A stretch of 64,000 nt of DNA from Azolla caroliniana. Its lineage: Eukaryota > Plantae > Polypodiophyta. The notes below the pieces were generated by a model, which saw only the letters and a program-made list of their open reading frames with translations, searched no databases and was not told the origin of the DNA. The DNA lies in the NCBI GenBank assembly GCA_043228905.1, contig JBHGNT010000013.1, positions 19,778,001-19,842,000 on the forward strand, written 5' to 3'. Shown here piece by piece: positions 58,038 through 64,000 of this stretch. How positions within the stretch are numbered: position 1 is the stretch's first letter; every line of letters starts with the position of its first letter. The translations under genes and the position numbers were made by a program.

Positions 58038-61000
58038 TCAATCTATAAGCAAATCAGGCAGAGCTGGCTCCTCTGGCGCTGATTGTTCTAGACTATTTTC
58101 ATTCGTGTCATCTCCAAGCTCTCCCGAATCTGATGTATGGTCAAACTGTGCTACATCTTCCAGGTCCACCAGCTCCCCTACTTCTTCATCAATTGGTTCC
58201 ATTGGTTCTCGTGAAGTCATCTGGAACATCTCTGTCTCGTTGATGTGTTTTGCTCCGAATTCTTGATCCTGATCTAGACAGTCCCAGATTCCTGTGATCC
58301 TTATTTTGATGAAGTTAACTTGAGCAGGGTCCTTCTCCAATGCAACACAGTTTCTAAACATCTTCAATGCACAAGCTGTCGTTGTACCTAATGGTCGCAT
58401 GAACCCAAACAAGTATATATAAGAAGTAACGTCTTAAACTTGATCGACAGGATTGAAATTAAATATATATATTATACTTGTGCCAGAGAACAAGTCTAGG
58501 ATCCAATCATCTGGATTCGAGAAGAGCTCTATGAGGCGGTTGATCAATCTTTGAGGTTTTTGATAAGGGTTCACCATACTTTTATCCCCTGACACATGTC
58601 TTAATTTTTTGGTTACAACTGGGCACATGATGTAGTTAACCACGTTATGCTCATTGACATGTGCTCTAGCCTTCTTCTTTGTAATTGAATCATAGTAGCC
58701 CACACAAAAATGTTCGACCGCACTAACCATTCGATCGCCAGGGCTACGTGTAATATTTGTTTTGATCCTATAGAGAAAGAAAATCAAGTATTAGAGGTGT
58801 AAATGTGTACATATAATAAGAAGTACTGTAATGAGTAAAAGCGAACTATAACGCGCCAATGCATGTGTTCAGTGGCATGACAACGGGACTTCAAAGCTGT
58901 TGTGACTGACAGTGATTGCCCCATGCTATGGAATATGACTATCCTCCACAAGGGGGCCAATGTCAGTTCTGCGAAATCCTTTACCATTTTCTCGATCTGA
59001 GGGTACTTGAAAGGCACATCATCATATGTTGATCCCGCAATACGGAAACCATATGGTATGTCAGCTATCAGCAAAGTGTAGTGCCTTCTCGGTAACAGTT
59101 CGAGCATCTGGGATACTTCGCCATTGAAAACACTATAATGAAGCTGTTTGAAAGGATCGGACCTATGCAAAAAACTCTTTACAGTCTCCGAATCCTCGGG
59201 CAGTTCCATTTCCTTCCCTTTGGTCATTCTCTTCTCATATTTCGCACGTTCTAAGTGCGTGATGAAGGCCGTTGGAATACCGTCATTATTGTCGTTGTTC
59301 TTTTTCGATTTTGATGGTTTCTGCAAGTGTCATTGTTGTTAGCAGGGAACATTAGTTTCTAACATATCAACATTCAAAAGACACATACCCATTCTCTAAA
59401 TACAATAAAATATTCCTCCAATGCCTTGTAGGAAGAAGTTATCGGGCATGCTTGTTCAACTTCTTCCCATGTCGGTAAACTCAGTTTTTGCATCATCAAC
59501 TCCTGAATCTTCATGTATACCTTGTGACTGCACAATCAATATGAAATTAGAAATAAGATATTCAAAATAATTGAAGACTTTCATGAAAAGGTATACTATA
59601 AACACTTACTTTTGCAAGTCTGTTACCATCTCGTCCAAACTAAATTCCTTGGCGACCACTCGAGATAGCACGGATATTAACAATCTATCATCTTTGATAC
59701 CTTGTAATGATCTCCAAGGTAAAAGTTTCATGTCCTCTGCTAACTCCTCGATTACCAAGTCGCTTTTTCCCTTGGTCTTTGATTTCATCTCAACTTGTGG
59801 ATCAATTCTTCCCTTTTTTGATCTTTGCCCCTTGACTACTTTCCGCTCCCACATAGAGAATATTTTGTCTTGGAGATCCCACACCTCTCTGGTCCGAAAA
59901 GCTAGTTGAAACCAAGAATCATATTTTCGGAGACCTTCGGATTTGGTACTCTCATCCACTGCAATCCCTACTTCCAATAAACACTGGCGTCGCAATCCAG
60001 GCCACAATCTTGGACCAAAACAATTCAAGGCATCCAGGTATTCATGATGAAAAAATCTTATCCTCTCTATACATGACATCTTTTGCCTATAATCGTTGTC
60101 ATTGTTATGGTCCAATGCGAGCAGCTTCGCCTCCTCGTGAGTTAGTCCTACATATACCTTACATTCAGCGTACTTGAAGAACGGCGTGAGAGGATATTCT
60201 TTGACAAGCTGTCGTCGAGCTTCGGCCGAATGTGATCCTCCGATTACATAGTATGTGTAATCGTCTGCAGAGCTATACTTGAAATCTGCTACTGTTGGGC
60301 ATTGTTCTTGATCAACCATTACCAAAAATGGCACCACAGTAGCGTGAGGATTGATTTTCATTTTGCTTTTTAGGTTTTGCACATGGACGGAGTGCGGCTC
60401 CCTAATTTCCAAGGGACGTCTTCCAGTCACGGGGTCAATGGGGGGCCTTTGGATAGAAGTAATGGGCAAATGAAATAGCTGGCCCCTGCGCACAAGTTTA
60501 GTCTTCACAATATTTTCTCTTATTTTATTTTGTTTTGACGTCAGGACACCAGAAGATAGTTGTTCACCTGGAGCCACGACGTCGACTTGTTGGTCGTCTT
60601 CTTCTTCCACGAACTCTAATATTTCTTCTTCTTCTTCTTCGGGTCGTGGTCGTTTAGTATATTTCTTTTGAACAGGATTTGTCTTCCTAGACTTTTTCGG
60701 TGGAGTTTCGGCTTCACCAGTCATCATCTCTCTTGTCACGTATGGCCGAAGAGCTACCAACAAGTTATTTTTCGTTTGCAGGTCTTTACGCAAAGCCTTG
60801 GGATTGCAAGATTCGGGTACTAGGTTTCCCTCATCAAGTCGCAATCGCCTGTTGCCAACTGAGCTCGAGACGTCGATTAAAATACTTGTAGAGTCAATGT
60901 CTTCATACTCTAGCTTGGTTACATGCCCGTAATTAAATGTTTTTCCAAGCTGAAGTTTCCCTTCCCCATCCGATTTTGCCGTTATCAATAACAGCACCCC

Positions 61001-61309
61001 ATCCTCCTCGACATAGGAGAGACACCATTCAAGTTCGGGGTAATCCTTATATTTCACCTCAACCGTTTTCTCCTCTTGCGTACTACCTTTGTTGATTTTG
61101 GTAGTAGCCACAGATGACTTGGATCCTCCTTCCCCCGTTGAGTCAAATAAAATCTTTTTACTCGTGTCCTTGATCAAGGAGCCAGAATCTCGTTTTGTCG
61201 GAGATCGAATCTTCAATCTAAATGAAGGAACTTTTTGTCTAGGTTCACTGAAATTAAAAACATTGGTGAAAACATAGAAACAACGTACAATTTTATCTAA
61301 ATCACGCAA
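58038..61309 (-). CDS. ParB/Srx-like domain fused to a beta-class amino (N6-adenine/N4-cytosine) DNA methyltransferase; spliced, ~950 aa, N-terminus unresolved
   Basis: Exons ~61247-59610, 59527-59389, 59320-58857, 58767-58478 and 58387-58038 join in frame. ParB-like segment: IREPHSVHVQNLKSKM...PFLVMV...YYVIGGSHSAEARRQL...VYVGLTHEEAKLLALDHN...MSCIE. MTase motifs: LLIADIPYG (motif IV), W-IKTN...R...AVEH, NPYQKPQRLINRLIELFSNPDDWILDLFSGT-S-TTTACALKMFRNCVALEKD (motifs X, I, II), in beta-class order. Confidence 0.85.
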
Positions 61310-61720
61310 ATTATCATCTAAATTACGTCAATTTTATGGTCCCATGCGATAGTTTTTTATCCGACACGTTCGCGTTCACAAGTGGAAGGATCGCGCATAA
61401 ATGGAAGGATAAGGGAAATTTTAGGGGTTTTTCAATGATTTTACAAAACACATTGATACCAGTATCATACAAGTTCAAACATACTATGAAAAAGGTTAAA
61501 AATCCACTATTTTCGTGATTTAGAAGTAACTAAAAAAAGACGAATTTCAAAAACATACATTCTCAATTTATATCACAAACTTGTCAACCAATGTTATTTA
61601 ATAAGAAACGATTTTTTAGAAATCATAAGAATTCAAAACACATGATTTTATATTACTCAATTTGTTACAAGCGGAATGTAGTTACACTTAATAGCCAAAT
61701 ATACATTCATGATCACTCCT

Positions 61721-63032
61721 TTACGGAGAATCACTACTATAACTAATATACAATGACGATTCCTCCTCATCATCCTCGGATGTACCAATCAGTGCATTAT
61801 CTTCGTCATAAACCAAATGGTTTGACTCTAGATTATATGTAGCAGATCTCGTTTGCCTTTGACTCGAGCCACCTTGTAGACCTGGTAATTTTTCTTTTAT
61901 TATATCTATTGTTGACTTCCTTAATCGTCCGGCTTTTGTAAGTGTGAAGTCGTACACGATGATATCCACATCAGAGATATCAAGGGTCGAGGTGTTACGA
62001 ATGTTTCGCTTCCTCTTCCTACCTCCCCTTCTTGTTTGGCATTCAATCATCTCCAATGTATACTTACCTGTAAAAGCATTTGCACTTCTAGTGTTGTACC
62101 AATGAACATTTATAGACTTGATCGTGTTTTCTATTTCATGCATTAGCACTTCTAGAATTTTACCAACCCAAAATTGGTGGCCATGTGAGTTCTCATCAGC
62201 CGGCATTGCAATCAACATCCCCGCGGTGAGCTCTTGCAAATTTCCTTGCCATCTAGCTTCGGCTGCTTTGGTCATCCTTGGTCCCACATAAATGTCTCTT
62301 TGTTGTGGATGGACCAAGTTGTCATTAATCGCATTTACTAGTCGCTCCAGACTTCTATTTAGGCGATCATGTTGCAGCGACCATGTGAATGGCGTTTCCA
62401 AATTCCAATTATCAACAGATACACAATTGTCTATAATTTCTTTCTGATCACTATAAAATACATCCCACCATGACGTGTCTTGTTGTGCGGCATATTTCTT
62501 GGCGGCCTCAATATGCTTTCTTTTTTCTTCTAAGGCTTGGAGCCATGACCGTTTTTGTTCTAATACCAAGTCGCTCTGCAACTGTCCTTTCTTCTCAATT
62601 GGCATTTGCTTAGCTCCATGGACAATTGTACTCGGCATACAAAGTAATAACTGGCAACCACCTTCAGGTTCCCATGTTGTAGAAGATGAATATTGTTTAG
62701 CATACAAAAGTGTAGAACCACTTATTCCATTTTTCTTTATCAAAAAAATGTGATTGAAACTTATATTGTTTAACTGAGCAAACACTTTAACATTCCCACC
62801 ACCCCCATCTAATATATATCTCTTAAAGTCATATACCTCCTTCAAGTGTAACACTTTTGGGCGTGGTGTATAAGCATCACAAATGACATCAAATAGTTTA
62901 GGTAAAGTGAAAGCATCATGCCGAGACAACTGTCTAGAGAATGTGCTAAACATCTGATCTATATGGTCATGTGTGTGGCCAACCAAAAGGAAATTGACTT
63001 TCACTTTCCTAAACAATTCTAGGTTGACCAAC
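61721..63032 (-). CDS. C-terminal part of a putative DDE-type transposase (Sola-/DUF7869-like motif) with a BAH/SH3-barrel-like tail; N-terminus displaced by the gypsy insertion
   Basis: LFRKVKVNFLLVGHTHDHIDQMFSTFS motif, C-terminal AGMLIAM.AD....QFWVGKILEV......INVHWY, 436 codons open. Confidence 0.7.
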
Positions 63033-63103
63033 TGTCATAACTAGACTCGAACCCATAACCTTTTGTTACACGGGTCGAGACTTTACCATTAGGTTATGAG
63101 TTG
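63033..63103 (-). other. tRNA-derived A-box/B-box module at the extreme 5' end of the gypsy LTR
   Basis: Minus strand reads TAACCTAATGGTAAAG...AGGTTATGGGTTCGAGTC at tRNA spacing. Confidence 0.6.
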
Positions 63104-63322
63104 TAATTTGAAGGATATTATTTTCATTTAGGTTTTATTAGGAAATTGATGTATATTCCAGATTTCTCTGGAACATTCTAGAAACTTCAGGAGTATTCCT
63201 GAAGACACTATAAAAGGAGGCGCAAGGCATTAGTTCGAACCAAATCGGTTCAACGCCAGTCTTAAGCCTTCTAACTACTGTTGTATATCTTCCGTCATAT
63301 AATACATATATCTTTCGCATCA

Positions 63323-63360
<38 letters not shown>

Positions 63361-63495
63361 ACTCATTCCTTCTCTCAAAGTTCGACACCTCTCATAGTAC
63401 TAATCCTTCTCTGTCTTAGTACTATTCCCCAACAATAGTACTAATCCTTCTTTTAGTACTAATTCCTTCTCTGCCTTAATAGAGTTCCTGACAGT

Positions 63496-63507
63496 TTGAA
63501 CCGATTT
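63496..63507 (+). promoter_or_regulatory. Self-priming primer-binding site
   Basis: TTGAACCGATTT is the exact reverse complement of AAATCGGTTCAA at 63242-63253, which lies 33 nt downstream of the LTR TATA box. Confidence 0.75.
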
Positions 63508-63581
63508 CTCCTACTAGTCTCCCTCTTCCTTCTGTCTCTCTCCTTTCCTACTAGTCTCTTATTTCCCTTTTCCTTCATCCC

Positions 63582-64000
63582 ATGGCCACCGTTAGCGCTG
63601 AAGAGTATCAATCCGTTTTCTCGGAATTTCAATGCTTGAAAGAGAAGTTTCATGCTTTGGAACAAGAAAATCAACGCTTGTTGGGGGATCTTCAGCAAAT
63701 TTCCTTAGAAAAGCAGCAAACGCAACAACAGCATGGGGAACTTGCGTTACGCGTGCAACAACTCGAAGCAACCATCGTAGCAATGCAACAACAAGGGCAC
63801 GGAGCACAAGGGATTCATAAAGAACCCAAGATTGGCCTTCCCACGAAGTTCGATGGAACGCGATCGCAGTTTAGAGGGTTTCTTAACCAGGTACGGTTAG
63901 TTATTCAAATGCATCCGTCCCGATATCCCACCGATGCATCACGAGTGGGTTTAGTAGGCACGTTGTTAAATGGCTCAGCATTAGCATGGTTCGCTCCGCT
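63582..64000 (+). CDS. Gypsy Gag N-terminus (open to the window edge)
   Basis: MATVSAEEYQ...coiled coil...KEPKIGLPTKFDGTRSQFRGFLNQVRLVIQMHPSRYPTDASRVGLVGTLLNGSALAWFAP, typical of Tcn1/sushi-type Gag. Confidence 0.88.
   Translation, partial: MATVSAEEYQSVFSEFQCLKEKFHALEQENQRLLGDLQQISLEKQQTQQQHGELALRVQQLEATIVAMQQQGHGAQGIHKEPKIGLPTKFDGTRSQFRGFLNQVRLVIQMHPSRYPTDASRVGLVGTLLNGSALAWFAP

Larger units (their letters stand above)
57277..63032 (-). mobile_element. Two-gene DNA-transposon-like element (transposase plus ParB-methyltransferase cargo); other end outside the window
   Basis: Abrupt junction inside a copia ORF at CACCGGGTCATTTG (57277), followed by an AT-rich subterminal region and two co-oriented genes. 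The transposase is cut by a gypsy LTR at 63033. TIR and TSD cannot be verified here. Confidence 0.7.
63033..64000 (+). mobile_element. 5' end of a Ty3/gypsy chromovirus-like (Tcn1/Tf1-sushi-type) LTR retrotransposon
   Basis: LTR 63033-63493 (TGTCA...TGACA), TATAAAAG at 63209, (CT)n tract, non-tRNA PBS, gag from 63582. Confidence 0.88.

Noticed and set aside
58784-59326. Calling the enzyme an orthologue of Marchantia or rotifer N4C methyltransferases
   Set aside because: The catalytic motif is DIPY rather than SPPY and no phylogeny could be run; the target base is left open.
58038-61309. Bacterial or phage contamination as the source of the MTase
   Set aside because: The gene has spliceosomal introns and is nested between plant retrotransposon sequences.

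Overview
Eukaryotic land-plant genomic DNA, probably from a fern or other non-seed plant (inferred from TE types and gene style). Bases 767-19796 hold one intact 19-exon minus-strand BEACH-domain gene of the SPIRRIG type (~3529 aa by my splice reconstruction), with a LINE remnant in intron 5. From ~23 kb to the end is a nested TE cluster: three full-length but decayed Ty1/copia elements (LTRs, PBS, PPT and TSDs all located), several solo LTRs, a non-autonomous hAT, and a head-to-head copia foldback. It also holds a DNA-transposon-like element (57277->63032) that is interrupted by a Tcn1-like Ty3/gypsy element. The most striking item is that this DNA transposon carries an intron-containing gene fusing a ParB/Srx-like domain to a prokaryote-type beta-class amino (N6A/N4C) DNA methyltransferase, next to a transposase with a BAH-like tail. 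Also notable are tRNA-geometry A/B-box modules in several unrelated LTR-like elements and a Tf1-style self-priming PBS in the gypsy element. All calls are by eye; no searches were run.
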